A DNA stretch of 63,878 nt, counting the filler, from Sluysia triapertura (lineage: Eukaryota), in assembly GCA_046118255.1 (NCBI GenBank). It is 5 parts of 5 records of this genome, joined end to end, with 100 filler letters (N's around TTAATTAATTAA, not from the genome) between each part and the next. Parts side by side here need not be neighbours in the genome. Positions count along the whole stretch, not along the records: positions 37,707 to 52,887 come from JBJNIA010235889.1; 4 more parts are not named here. One strand, 5' to 3'. The notes below the pieces were generated by a model that was not told where the DNA came from, did not search any database, and saw only the letters and a list, made by a program, of their open reading frames with translations. The translations under genes and the position numbers were made by a program. Positions 38,571-52,987 of this stretch are shown here, one piece after another (within the stretch, counting starts at the first letter, position 1; each line of letters starts with the position of its first letter).

Positions 38571-41389
38571 TTATTATAAATGCAAAATTATTACTTTGAT
38601 TTCTTAAATTTAATTTTAAAACAATATAAATTAATTAGTACGATAAGGAATGGTTTCAATACGAAAAATCACGAGATGTATTTATAAAAGTTTTATTAAT
38701 TAAATCAAAAATATCGATTATTAATATTAATGTTTATATAAAAATTACAAATGAAAATAAAATAAAAAATTCCTCAACCAGTATTCTCATTCTAATTTGA
38801 TTCAATTGTTATATAATAAAATGTAATATTTGAATTATGAATTTGAATAAATGAATTTGTTAATTTAACAGAATTGTTTGTGATTAGTTTTAGGAATACT
38901 TTATGTTGCAAATAAATTTTACTTTTCTTTATAATTAAATAATTTAAGTGAATTTTATTATTTTTATAGAATAAATTTACGAAATCTATTTAATCTTCAA
39001 AGTCAAAAATCCCTTTAATGAATCAAGCTTTTCATCGCTTATAAAAATTATTCCGTGAAAAAAATATTCAACAATGTTTTTAAAACTAATAAGTTAAACA
39101 CTTATAGATTATTTCTGAAATTTTGTTGTGAATAGTTGTTTTATTTATATTCCTTATTTTTGTTGTCAATGATTGTTCTATTTATATACATAATTACTTA
39201 ATTGAACACACAATTACATATTTGTCAAAACTTTTAATAATAATAATATTTCGATACAAAATTTAGACCTGCAAATTTTATTGAAATCGTGCCAAACTTT
39301 GAATACTGGCAAAGTAGTTGTAACTTCATTAACATCGTCAAGAGTGATACACTTTCTTCAACACGTGTGTGGAAGATCGTGTGAAATTCGAAGATTCAAA
39401 AGAAATTTTAAGAATCATAACAAATAAGAAATATAAATACTTCTAATATATTGATCACTCAGCAAATCTTTAATCATAACATCATGTAAAGATTGTCAAA
39501 TAACTCATCGTACCTCTACACCTTGTTGAGTTTGACTTTCAATTTGATTTTATTTTATGTGTAAAAATATGTAATTATAATTATTTTTGTAATAAAATAT
39601 TGTAAAATATTTATCTTTTTAAATTCTTTATATTTACTATATTAAATAAATATGAAGAATTAAAATAATAAATGTAAAAATTAAAATCAGAATATAAATC
39701 ATAAATTTTTAAATTTTAAAATTTAATTTAAAATAATTTTTAAAAGAATAAGAATAAATTATTTTCAAGTAAGAAAATGTTAATTTTATTTTAAATTATT
39801 AAGATAAAGAAAAATGGTAAATTTTTGTTTATTTAAAAAAATTAAAATATAGTTTTAAACAATCAAAATGAATGCAGAGAAAATTATATAAATAGAAGAA
39901 TTTTTAGTAAACAGACAAGAATTAGCTAGATAAATTTTATTAGGGACGTAAAAAATAATTAAATATTCTTCGAATTCATGATGATGATGATGCTAAAAAC
40001 AAGTAAGATTATTTGTAATAAGTTTTAATTTTCTGATTTTAAATTAGCAGAAAATATAATCTACTTAAAATCATTTTTATTTTCCTAGACCGTCAAAGGC
40101 TAGGTTAAAATCTTCCTAACTTTTAAATACTAAGAGACTATGTACCTTAAGTACTCATTAAACTATTATTTTCTTTTAAATTTTTATGTTGAAATTAATT
40201 AAGTTTTTTATCTCTTCAGAACAAATATATGTATACTGAATAATTTTTTTATTTCATTATTAAACATTTCAAACTCTTGGCGCAATTGTCAGATCGTAAC
40301 AAGTTGTCAGATCAGTAACTTTTTCGCAATTAAGCTTCCATAAGCAGTGATTCGTTCGGATCTAAGCCGTTTTTTATTAGGCGAATTCACCTCCAGAACT
40401 ATTTTGAAAGTAAATTACAAAATACTGCGCGCTCTAATTGAATGTTTGAAAATAAATTATAAAATGTTATGAATGACCGAATAAATCGAATGACAAACGT
40501 AATGCTTGAAAATAAAATACAATAAATACCTAATCGAATAATGTTTGTTTAATACTCCTAAATATTATAAGCTGTACTTACAAAAACGTTGAAATTTATA
40601 AAATGTAATTCTTGAATTTAATGCTTGATTCGAATAAATTAAATATTTTAAATAAATTTAATAATGGCAAATAGTGAACAAATGCTAAAATTATAGCAAG
40701 AAATTACGTTGTCGATATGTGTAAGTGTGATTATAAATCAATGATTATGTATATGCGTCTGCATGATTTTATGGTCTGCAAAATTAATCAATTTTTGGAC
40801 TAAATATTTAATAAGTGTTAATACTATTGATTTTATTTGATTTTATTATAATAATAGATATTATAAAAAGATAATTATTTAAACAATTAATATAAAATAA
40901 TTATTAAATTTAATAAAACTAACGAATAAAATATTAGCATAAAATAATTATTTGTTTAAAAATTATTTAAATAAGGTCAAGGTCAAACAAATTATAGGTA
41001 TAAAAACATGCATAACAAAAAGTTTCAGAAAAAATTTTTATTTAAAAATTTTTCAACAATCTGACAGAAAATAGTTTATTGGGAACATTTTGGAAAAGAA
41101 TATTTCAATTTCGTGTTACAAAAAACTCGGCTCATATAATTAATTTCATTAGTTTTATTTGACAAGGATTTCCAAGTAAAATCTGACTTAAAATTTCATT
41201 AATTTTTGGTCATCGTTTAATTTAGATAACAGAGTAACTATCTTTAAAAAAATTTATTTACATAAGATTATTAATAAAAAAACTATCTATATTTATTATC
41301 GTTGTTATTTATCAATGATTTGATTTGATTTGATCCTATTAATATATTTCTTCAATTATTTAATTTCATAATAAATTAATAAACAGCAG

Positions 41390-43450
41390 AATATTCAGGT
41401 TCAATTTAACGAACCTCATCAAACTTCACTTATTTAAACTATTTAATAGTAGCTGTTCAGGTTCAGTTTAGGAACCTAAGTAAATTACATAAATTCCATT
41501 TAGTAAGGAATCAGTTTAAACTACAATAATCCCAAAATAAAAATTTAACTTTACAAGTTCTCTTTACCAAAGAACCTTAGTAAACTCATATTACTGCCCA
41601 TAATAAATTTTACCATTAGAAAACTAAGTTATTTGTTAAAGAAAGTTATTAAATTACTCCTGATCTAATTACGTCTAGACTTAAACTAATCTCCAGTAGT
41701 CTCCTAAAAAATCCAACAGTCCAGCCACAACAGTCTGTATATGTTGGTGAACTCATCTATTATCTAAGGTAAATCGTTAAATTTCCAACAGAATAAACAG
41801 GTACCCAGAGTGAGAACCAGCATATAAGAATTAATATAAAAATACTAAGTTCTAAACTAAGATACATAAGTTTTAGGAATAAACCTATAAGAATAATTAA
41901 TAAGTTATAAGTTTTTGTAAATTTGAGGATTATTACGATTTCATTAACTATATCCTAAGTTAATTATTAATAATTTTATAAAGATTAAACTTCAAATAAG
42001 TTTTAAATAAAAATAAACAAATAGTATTACACGACTATAGAGCTAAATTAAGAAATTACATGGCATTACCTAATGATTTCAAAGAATATATGGCTCAACT
42101 AGCCAAAAATATACGTCCCATATTAACATATTACCAGAAATGAGAAAATTTAACGGAGCAGAGGAGGACCTCTGTGATTTTTTATTTGAATACGAAAGTA
42201 TCGCCCAAGCAAACGGCTGGAATGAAGCCGAAAAAATTAAAAGAATTCAAAACTATTTAACTGCAGTGACGATCCAGACCTATAAGGAAATAAGTAATAA
42301 TGATAAACAATCTTGGAATGCATTTGTAAACGCCTTCACTGAGGAAATAGCATTTGATAATATGACAAAATATTATACAAAAAATTGAATTTAAAAAAAG
42401 GCCAAACGAATCTATATATGTATTAGCTTGTGCTTGTTGCCAGAGTAAGAGTTCCTGAATATAAAAAAGAATTTACATTATTAGATAAATTGAAAAATGG
42501 TCTTCGTCCGGAATTAAGGACATATGTTACATTAATGGAAGCCAAACCTTTCAAGGAAATAATCAAAAATTAAGTATAGAAAAATCATATATTGATGATA
42601 AGGATAATATTAATTATGTAAGCGATAATGATGATATGTAAAAGAGATAAAAGTCCAAAATTTTTAAGAAATAAAGATAATAATAAATATATAAATAAAA
42701 TTAATTTTGCAAATTATGATCGAAATAATTACAATAGATTTAATAGCCTATGTTGAGGCAATTTAAATAGTTATAGGGGTAATTTAAATAATTAGAGGAA
42801 ATAATAATATAAGTAGATGATTTCAGAATAACAGAACAGACAATTATGGTGCATCTAAGACCAGCACCGTGATGGCTACCTAGTTCTAATTTCATTAATC
42901 AAAATAGTTATAGGAATAAAAGTAAAATCCCAATGAGATAGACAAACAATAATAAGCCACAAACTAATATAGAAATAATTTGTGACAATTGGACATTAGG
43001 CAAGAAATTGTAGAAAATTAAGGCAAGATGTGTTCACTCAAGACTTTACTAAAGTAAAGGATCCACAACAACAAAGATACCAAAGTCCTAATAGAAAGGT
43101 AAGATTTAATGGTAAGAGTGATAATGGACAAATAAATTGCATTTTAGAGATGGCAGAAATGAATATCAAGATGAATATCAGTGTGAAGAGAAAAGAAATA
43201 AGAAAATCAATAACAAATAACCAAGAAGATAAATTAGTAGATAAATGAAGATAATATCTCAAATTAATAATAGACGAAGAAAAGAATGCAATGCTTCGAG
43301 AATTTTATATTACTTATTAAACATAAACAGGAAGAAGTATTTATGAGTTATATGTATGATAGATATTTGGATTTCAAGAAGGAACAAGAAAAAGGGGAAA
43401 ATAGATTAACAATTCAACCAATTCAAGTTAGAATTCGATAAATATTTATG
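41390..43450 (+). mobile_element. Gypsy LTR retrotransposon 5' part: leader plus decayed gag
   Basis: ATG at 42060; PEMRKFNGAEEDLCDFLFEYESIAQANGWNEAEKI (retrotransposon gag capsid), KLKNGLRPELRTYV and degraded knuckle ICDN.GH..RNCRKL. Confidence 0.8.
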
Positions 43451-43875
43451 TTTATGTTTCAAAAATATACAACCAACTACCAGAGAATGTAAAATTACTG
43501 GAAGATTATGAAATATTCAAGAAAAAAGGCAAAGTGAATGATTTATTATAAGCGCTTTTGAGTACTTACTTTGCAATAGATATGAGCGCAATATAAATTA
43601 ATACATTATTAGTTATTGTAGAACGGGTAAGTGTTACTTTAAGAAAAAAACACAGAAAATAACACATACATTTAACCTATTTGATCTAACTCTAAAATAT
43701 TCTAAAATACACCTAAATTTAACTTTAAATTGTACGTATGATTAAACATGATCTTAATTGTCGTTTAGTTCTAATTACAATAAAATTGCAAACTAGTTAC
43801 TTGCTACAACTAACAGTAAGGAAAAATTTAATATTTTTATTTAAAAATTATTGCAATAAACTCACTAAAACTAAC

Positions 43876-44121
43876 CTTCAATATTGTTATGTTTCAATAA
43901 TTGACAAGTGAAATCATCAAGCTCATCTGATTGGTACATCAGTAGTTCAATAAGAGTAAAAGAAGAATTGGTATCTCGTTTCCGATGTAATGTTTGAATT
44001 AGTATTATTAAATTATTAAGAGTTACTTCAGTACAACTGACTAATTTATCAATCATGATCCAAAATGATGCTCTGAAAGAAGCTGCTTGACCTACTGTTG
44101 GCATCAGAACTCGACCAGGAA
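43876..44121 (-). CDS. COG5: Conserved oligomeric Golgi complex subunit 5, internal exon
   Basis: ttcag acceptor and G|GTTAGT donor, phase 1-1, 246 nt. PGRVLMPTVGQAASFRASFWIMIDKL...LHRKRDTNSSFTLIE matches COG5 PGR..MPT.G..A..RASFW..MEKL...LAKKRDP.SH..FIE. Confidence 0.85.
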
Positions 44122-47100
44122 CTGAATATAATATAATAATGTAATAGCACAATAAAATAATTGTGATGTAAAGGTGCAATCGATTGACCCTGTGATCGAG
44201 GAACTTTTACTTCTACTACCCCCAATATATTTTAGTAGTTTTGTCATTGCCCCCCCAAAAAAAAAATTTCACTTTTATCCTATTTGGGATAATTTACCCT
44301 GTGGTGGTTCAACTGTTTACTTAAAATTTTATTAACAATTACAGCATTAAAACTTCACCACACAAACCCAAACCAAACGTATAAGATTTAAACAGCTTAA
44401 TATATATAATACATAAACTCTAAAATAACTTTCAAAAACAAAATATCACCGTTATTGTATTTACAACTATTCAGTTAAAATGTTACATTTTGAAAAACAC
44501 TCTTAATTGTTGAATGATTTATTTGACGAGGCGCTAAAGGGAAACTTGTTTTATATTTAACCGATCTCTTTCTATAACAATTCAAGAACGTATACGATAT
44601 GAACAATAACATCAATGAACAAGCGAAAACTGAACATTAAAGTGATTGAACAGTCAACAGCAGAAAATAGTAATGATCAAAAATAGGTTTAAAAACGATT
44701 TAATTCCATTTCTGACAATATTATTAATAATTAGAAATAATAAAAAAATTAATAACTTGCTAATTAATAGCCAACATGACTAAATAAAAATTAATTATAT
44801 GAATTTTGCTGGAATTTGTTTAATTGTAAAAAATTTATGACTAAATAAAAAACAATGTCTGCAAGATTGTTACTAAATTACGCTAATCTTTAAAAAATGA
44901 ATGCATTACGACTTAGATTGTAGTTATTAGGATGAATGTATACAATTAAATGATTTTGACCACTATTTAGAAGTGCATGAATTACGTTATGGATCAAAAG
45001 ATGAAAAGGTAGATTAATGTAATTTTTTGATTATTTAATTTATTTTTCAATTAACAAAAATGGATTCAAATCATTAGCATATTCAAATTAATGTAATTTT
45101 GTAACTTTTAAATAAATAGTGTTATTTTTGTAATTTTCCAATAAAAATATATATACAATTATTCTAAATAATAATTTTTTATAATAAATAATTTGAAATG
45201 AAATATGTACATGACATATTTCAGTCTCTATCAACCTTCACATTAATAATAATAAATTGAATAATAATAACAAATACATTCAGCCTGTATTATTTATTTG
45301 AAAATGAAAAATGGCACAATTATGCGCCTCTACTTAATGCAAATTTACAAAAGTTGATCGCAATTCAACTTCAATTACAATATTATAAAAATAATTTATT
45401 GATTAATTCACATACTTGGAAGTCGGAATAATGAGAAAAGTTAAATTACTATAAGTTAACATTAATATAAACACTCTAATTTATTTTAGAAGTGTTAATT
45501 CGAATTGTTAAAAGAAGTTATTCATCATTTAAAAAAGGAAATATAAAAAGAATTCAACAGTTACACAATCTCGAACTCAAACGGACAACCTATATTACAA
45601 TATTTTATGTAGTTAATTCTCTTTCAAAGTCTCCAAAAAAGGTTTTATTACTGAACAGTTATTATAATGAAAACACGTATAATAATAAAATTGCAAATAT
45701 GATAATGAACGCAGATATAATCTTTGTTTTACATAAGAAATTTTATTACAAAAGATAATAATTTTATTCAGTTTTTATCACTAGGATATTGTACTTGCGT
45801 GTATCAGATATGGTAATAAAATAATTATAAATCAACAATTTGTCAGATGTTTGATTCTGTAGTGAAATCAAATATCCAGGATGAATGAAAAAAATCAAAA
45901 CATATTCCAATATCCCAACTATAATGGCCGTAGGGCATTCTGTTTAATAACATTAATTAAATTGTAATAATTCAAAAATATATTAATGTTTAAATTAGAG
46001 AGAAAATGGGACTTCAGGTCCTGGATTAAATCATTTATTAAACAACTGTTACTTGAGTAAACTTTATGAAAAGACTCAAAGCAATGGTCACAACTATACA
46101 AGAAAAAGTCGAAATAATTGAAAATGTTATTTAGGGAAAAATTATTAGAAAACTGCGACTTAGGAACTTTATTAAAAGGTTCAAAATATTGGTTATAATT
46201 ACACAAGAAAAAGACGAAATAACTGATAAGGTCATGTGTTGAAAAAGTAACAAAAATAAAAAAATAACAATAACTAAAATCAGTCGATTCAAATTGAGCT
46301 TCCAATAGACTTATAAGAAGAACTTGCCATTTAAGAAGTTGTTGACTAGCTTGAGATTTCTCCTAGACAACTTGTACTGCGTCATCCCCATTAACATCCG
46401 CTTGGAATAAATCTCCATTATGTGAGCAATCATTCCATTTGTTATGGTTGATTATTGATAGTTGCCATATGTAATGATATCGTGTGTGGAATTGGATGAA
46501 TGTAATTCGACCGAACTCCAAGAGTTTATAAATAAAGATTAGTTTCGAGAAATCCAGTTCTGACACTGTCATGTAAATATAGCTCGAGTTTTTTTAAAAT
46601 ATTGATCATTAACATATTTTTCTTTGATAAAATCGATTTTATGAGGGTGTATTTGATAAGATAGATTTGGCTTACTAAATTTTAATTATATTGCATCATT
46701 TGTTTGTTGACAAAGCGATGATCCTAACAGTAAATGTTCCCAGTACTTATTAGCACCTGACTAAGATAAACTTTTCAATATAGCCATTTTGATTTGGCTT
46801 AAAGTTTAATTTGACTCATGTGACGTCCTAATTGATGGACACTACTACGATCGTCACATAAAATTAACACAAATTGAATGTACGACACCTCGCAGTAAAA
46901 TTTAACATTATCCGCGATTTGTGCGGATTTTGTGTTAGAATTATCTAGGTTAATATGATCGACTGATGTAACTTTTTCGTCGATGTCAAAATTCTCATGA
47001 ATAAATCCAGCTTGAAATATTTAAAACATTTTTGTATAGACATAAAATAATACATTATTCGAACAACATCTTTAACAATTAAATCTTGTCTTCATGCAAC

Positions 47101-47214
47101 ATAAATCATGTACATAAATTATACACATAACTTACATATTTATCTTATGTACATTATTTTTAAAACTTTAAGCATTTTTTAAAATATAAATATGTACGTA
47201 ATAAATTAAAATTT

Positions 47215-47450
47215 CAGACATGCTGCCAAGGTGGACGAAGGAGGCGATATCAACAAGAACTATGATTAATTTATAAATAAAATTCATATAATGATTCCAT
47301 TATATGAATTTTGTAAGTCGAGTGTCAATATTATGGGATGGATAAATGTTTATGAATGGGTTTGAAGTGAATTATATTTATACTTATGTTTATGTTTAAT
47401 AATGGGTGTATTTAATAACAAAATCATGTGTACAGCTATGACACTACAAC
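47215..47450. repeat. Dispersed repeat, copy of 24950-25190
   Basis: By-eye alignment. Confidence 0.7.
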
Positions 47451-48199
47451 AACAAATTAGTAAATTTTGTGAAATAGTGTACTATTCTACTTTTAGACAG
47501 ACTATATAATTTATTTTTGGTGCGTGCCTTCGCATGTATCTTTTCGTTTATGTGTGTTTTCTCCAAGTGTCTCCTTACTATAACTAAAAACCTATCCACT
47601 AATTTGAAAAATAATTTTCTCAAGGTCGATTACTTCCTAAGCCTATTTTTCTTAATCTTATTCTATATATTTTTACGCTGATTTTGCCAATTTCCTCCAT
47701 ATAATAATCAATTTCATTCTATAATATAGTTTTGCATACCGATATTTTCTATACCCATTTAACAAATTAATAAAAAATTTGCTTATAAGTTTAACCAGAT
47801 TAAGACCATTATATTAATTTTTAACAATTTAAATTTAGTTATAAATAATAATATTAAAATTCAAGTAATCTAATTAATAAACTTTGTTCAGCTAATTCTA
47901 CTGTTACTAAACTTCTTATATTTCTTAATTCTATAAATTCAAAAGTACAACTACAAAAACAATTAGACAAAACATGTTTATCAGATTTTGATGATTGATA
48001 TAGTACTGAACAATTATGACATAGACATAGACGATTTGTTCGAAAACATCGAGGCTTTTTAGATGATCGTAATTCCATATTGGAATTTTTAGATACTTTT
48101 ATATTTTGTATAATTTTTATATTATAATTTTTATAATTATAATATAATTTTATATAATCTTATTTATTTCAACAAAACATCTAATTTTGCATTTCACAT

Positions 48200-49651
48200 C
48201 AACACAAATTCATATAAATATTCAAATATTGTCATTATTGCATTATTATCAGTCAACTTTTTACAGGGTTAACATTAAAGTTACGTTATACGTTGATTTT
48301 AATCCCTTACAAATCCGCCTTCAAAGTTATACCTCTCTATACATCACGAACGCATCTAGTAAGTGCAGGATATATGTGTAACCGATTGAAATCCCAACAT
48401 CTTATGCTATTCTGTTCGCTTTAGAAGATAATAGGCCTAATCTGGATAAATATACACTCATATATTTCCGATACGAGTTCTGTATATAAATTGGAAGTGT
48501 GTCACGTTCACACACACTCCGGAGATTTCTTTATTAGATAAATCCAATTTAGTCTTCATAGGAACACAGTGTGTACTAGACTTCCAGGATAAGCATCAGA
48601 TTATCAGAATATGCATGATGCCTTATCATCAAACGTATCATACTACAGAGACGATTAAGCCTAGAATAAGAATCAAGAATTACCTAACTGTTGATGACTT
48701 CTGGATGACTTCTTTGTACACCAAAGTCCTTTTACCCAGAACTCATAATTAAGACCTTGGATATTCCATACGTTGGTTGCGAGGTGTCTCACACTTCTCT
48801 AAATCCTATTTCGAGAGCCAGAAGGATTTTACATTTACTCTATACTTTTGTGCCGAAATCATTTTCGTGTGAGCAATACACAAGGGACTCAATTTCTGTT
48901 TTCGATATTTTGGTGAGCAAAGATGAATCATTCTTGCCACAAACAATTAAAATTAACTTTGTAAATATTATATGGTATTACCGTTTAATTGTACATAAAC
49001 ATGCTGTGTTCAATCGTTCTTATTTATCAGTGATTCCAATACAAAACAGGAACAAATATTTTATCATAAAGACATCTAAATCTGTCAAATCAATTATTCA
49101 AGTCTTAGTTAAAAATCTCGCTAATCGTAAACATCGAACGTACGTAATTTATATTATATTTATGGCATTTTTAAAAATTGTCTTAAATTAAAAAGCTTCG
49201 AAGATACGTTAGAATCAGAGTATATATACCTTAGCGCGCTGTATAACGAAATTATACATTTTGATAACTTTTCAGAATTCATAACTACATACGACAAATC
49301 AAAAGTTGTGTAATATCTAAAAATTATGATGATGAATCTGTTATTAATCATATTAATTCATCATTATTATTTCATTCAAAGCATGTTACTGATGTTGCAT
49401 CACCTAGTCAAAGACTTATTGCACAATGCCCATACCAATCTGATACTTTTGGAGTGTGTACCACTTTCGGCAATTCTTGTAAATTTTTTCACAACATAGC
49501 TCAAATCAATAAAAATGAGCAAGAAGCAGATATGAGACGCAAAGACTGGACGACTTTTTGGCATCAATACGTTTTTGTGATCTCCACAACAATTCCGGCA
49601 TCAGTAGTCTCCAAAATCATGTACAACATGGCAACAATAACTCTCGCATAG
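48200..49651 (+). pseudogene. Copy D of the CCCH-ORF family, with an intact C-x9-C-x6-C-x3-H finger
   Basis: Blocks HHER (~48342), NRKHRTYVIYI, DNFSEFITTYDKSK and AQCPYQSDTFGVCTTFGNSCKFFH (49427-49492) are collinear with copy B. Several frameshifts. Confidence 0.65.
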
Positions 49652-50600
49652 TAAATAATCAAGATTATTACTTTATGTATATTTATTATTTTTTAGAATT
49701 CCACTAACGGAATTACTTGGAACCAAAGAAAATTTTCAATAACTTTAGTCAAAAAATTTACATATTATATTTTTGGTAATAGAATTTCATGTTATTACTT
49801 ATTTTATTTTGACATTAGTAAAGAAAATTTTAACTTTAAAGCTAATTTTAACAATATCCTAAAAGTGTATAATTTTTATAACGACAATTTAATTTTCAAT
49901 TTGACATTCTACAATTCTAAAAACACTACAAGAATAATTTTCAAATATTTTTCAAATAATTATACCATAACCCCAAATTGACTTGAAAAATAAATTCAGA
50001 AAATTTATCATTACCATGTATTTTAAATAACATTCATAAAACCATATCACAATTTTAAAATTTTTTCATTGTACTAGTCGGCGTAACATTACATAAAAAT
50101 TTAAAAATTGATTTAAAGAAAGTGTCGTGTTAGAAAGGAATTGATTTGACCACAAGAATGAAAATGATAAGTCAAAAAGGAATAAAGTTAATGCAGTTAA
50201 TAAAAAACTATAAACTTGTTATTGGGATTAAAAATAAATAAATAATACCTTTTCTTATTTAGAGAGGTTATAGTCACGTTGATCGCTACTCATTTGCATA
50301 CTATCACATTTATCAAGGAAATATGACAAAAGATATTGAAAATGGACGATTATTTCTTCTGTATGAATTGATTGGTTTAAAATTAATGTAGCATCTATTT
50401 CTTACTGATAATTTATACGTACCATTTGTAATTCTAAATTTGATTCGGAAACAAGTGATAAGAACAATAACAAAACAATAATAAAGTAATGATAATAAAA
50501 GCTAAGTAACAACAATAGCAATATGAGAAAAACAATAATTTTAATACATACATATGAGAAAATAAACTGTTTTAATTATATTTTATTTTACTTCTTGTTT

Positions 50601-50790
50601 TGTGAGTCCCCCATGATATTGGTCTTATACAGTTAAGGGCCAACTTATAAGTTTCAGCGAAAGATGAATAATGCAAGTTTTGTTGCAGGTCACTAAAAAA
50701 ACAATATGCTCGAATAATTCAAATTCTGCTAACATATCGAGGTTAGTTTTTTGTAATTTAAACGAGATCAAATTTATAATGATCTTGATA
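50601..50790 (+). repeat. Solo-LTR-like repeat, copy of 38369-38570
   Basis: By-eye alignment; diverged. Confidence 0.6.
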
Positions 50791-52887
50791 ATAAATTTTA
50801 ATTTATTAAATGTAAATACTTCTTATTATTTGCTTGTTGGATTTTAAAGACTGACTATATAATTTGGTTTATGTACGTAAGAAGTTTATCTGAAATAATT
50901 AATTAAAAAGATAATTTGTAAATATCAACATTTATTTCAATATAAAACTGAAAAAAAATTTAATAACTTCGAGCAATAAAATTTTACAAAATATATTGAA
51001 TAATATAGTTCAAAGTATAAAAAATTTTAACAATTTATGAAGTAAGAATAAGAATACACAATTTATTGCTACTACCCTTTGAAGATAATAACGTTCTCAT
51101 AAAAGTTATTTTGTAATTAAAGTTTACAGACGTCGAAAATTAAATATTTAGTAAATTTTATTAAATCTTTATAATATTAGTATCTTATTTAACTATAAAC
51201 TAACAAATTGTCCTAGCTATTGGATAATGTTATAATCTTTTCTTGTTGGTAACTCATTTGAACAAAATAATAAATGTTTTCAATCAACAATATTGAATAA
51301 TAATTTGAATATTGAACAAATAATAAATCAATAGTATCGATTGTATAATAACTGTTTAACACTTATAAAATTCTGTCGCTAAAATTAATACTAAAGAACA
51401 ATTTGTCTATTGTTCTTATATACTAATATTACTATAAGGTCACTGGCCTTAATCTACATACAAAAATTAAGGCTATTTTTAGAATTTGAATTTGAAATAA
51501 TAATAGTACTTTTATAATAATGTTATAATTATTTTGATAATTTTAAATAATATAATAATAATTTAATAGCTAATAATAAATGTAATAATAAAAATAAAAA
51601 TAGTAATACATTAATAACAACTATTTATTTTACATTTTACGTAAAATTAGTTAATATTTCCTTATTTATTTACAAAAATATGCTTTTATTTTACCACAAA
51701 ATGTACATTTACTTATCTATAAACGTAAAAAGGAGTGTTATTGTGATTGCTGTAGTTATCAATAGACGTTATATTGAATTTAGGATGTTGTAAATATTTA
51801 TTGATGTGTTTGGATAAATTGTTTAGCTATTGATTTAATTCTTATAAAAAAAATTAATTATCATTTACTTTTCATTAATAATTCCATATCACCACTTAAA
51901 ACAGCGCATTTGAAACTCACATTTTAAATATAGGAATAAAATTATTCATTAACTTATAATTAAATTTGACTTTAAAATACTTTAAAAAGCATCACCATTG
52001 AGTTGTATTTATTAGAGACAAATTAACATATTTACTTGCACAATTAAGAGCAATATTATTTGACATCAAATTTCTTTAAGAATATTATCTTATAAATCCT
52101 ATGAACAAGTCATTTGCTCTAAGTCTTCGATCATAAGTTTGAAACTAAACACTCCCGAATACGTTTTGATAATTATTAGTTAGTTGTTAATAAATGTCCA
52201 ATGTTTTAAGTACTTTTAAATTTGCTGGAAACGAGTTAACACGTTCTGCACTTAGTATCGCTAGTGTGCGGGATCCGACAAAACTCGGATTTTACGAATA
52301 AGTGGTTAGAGCCAGATTTATGATCACAGAGTCATCAAATTACGCGATATGGTTAAAATTCAAATAATTTGTAAAATAAGATGAAATAAAAAGAACAGTG
52401 AGTAGAACACCGATAAAGTTCAAAGATGAATAATTAGCGAATTAACAAAAAATATAAATTACTGTTGAACGGTAAAAGCAAAAACTTCAACTTTTGAGTA
52501 AAAAAAATGACCAAACGTGACTAGATAGATCAGAAATGATTCGATAAATTTTCTTACTTCATCTGTCATATTCACTAGATATTGTTCCACGTATTACCAT
52601 TTATTTCAGAAGAGTACTTCAGATTTATATAATATTAAAAATTAGGTTGATAAGTGGATATTTTACTCTATCAATTGAAAAAAGATTAACAAATAACATT
52701 TTTATTCATTCTATCATGATTAATATCATAATGTATAAGTACAAATTTAGATGGAAATTGAATTTTTAGAATTTGTTTGACTGCAAGCATTTAGTCTTGT
52801 AACGTCTCTGAAATTAGACATGTTTCAAAGAGTGATAGACAAACAATTTATGCTATAAATACAAGTACATTATTAATGTCATTGTAT

Positions 52888-52987
52888 NNNNNNNNNNNNN
52901 NNNNNNNNNNNNNNNNNNNNNNNNNNNNNNNTTAATTAATTAANNNNNNNNNNNNNNNNNNNNNNNNNNNNNNNNNNNNNNNNNNNN
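52888..52987. other. Artificial scaffold linker
   Basis: N44-TTAATTAATTAA-N44. Confidence 0.95.

Noticed and set aside
39268-39540. Possible further COG5 exons
   Set aside because: No frame with compatible splice phase gives recognisable COG5 sequence.
44931-45008. Possible plus-strand exon DECIQLNDFDHYLEVHELRYGSKDEK
   Set aside because: Splice sites are plausible but there is no recognisable homology or partner exon.
38369-50790. Direct repeats as the paired LTRs of one 12-kb element
   Set aside because: They are strongly diverged, enclose a host COG5 exon and unrelated repeats, and no TSD was seen. Independent solo copies are more likely.
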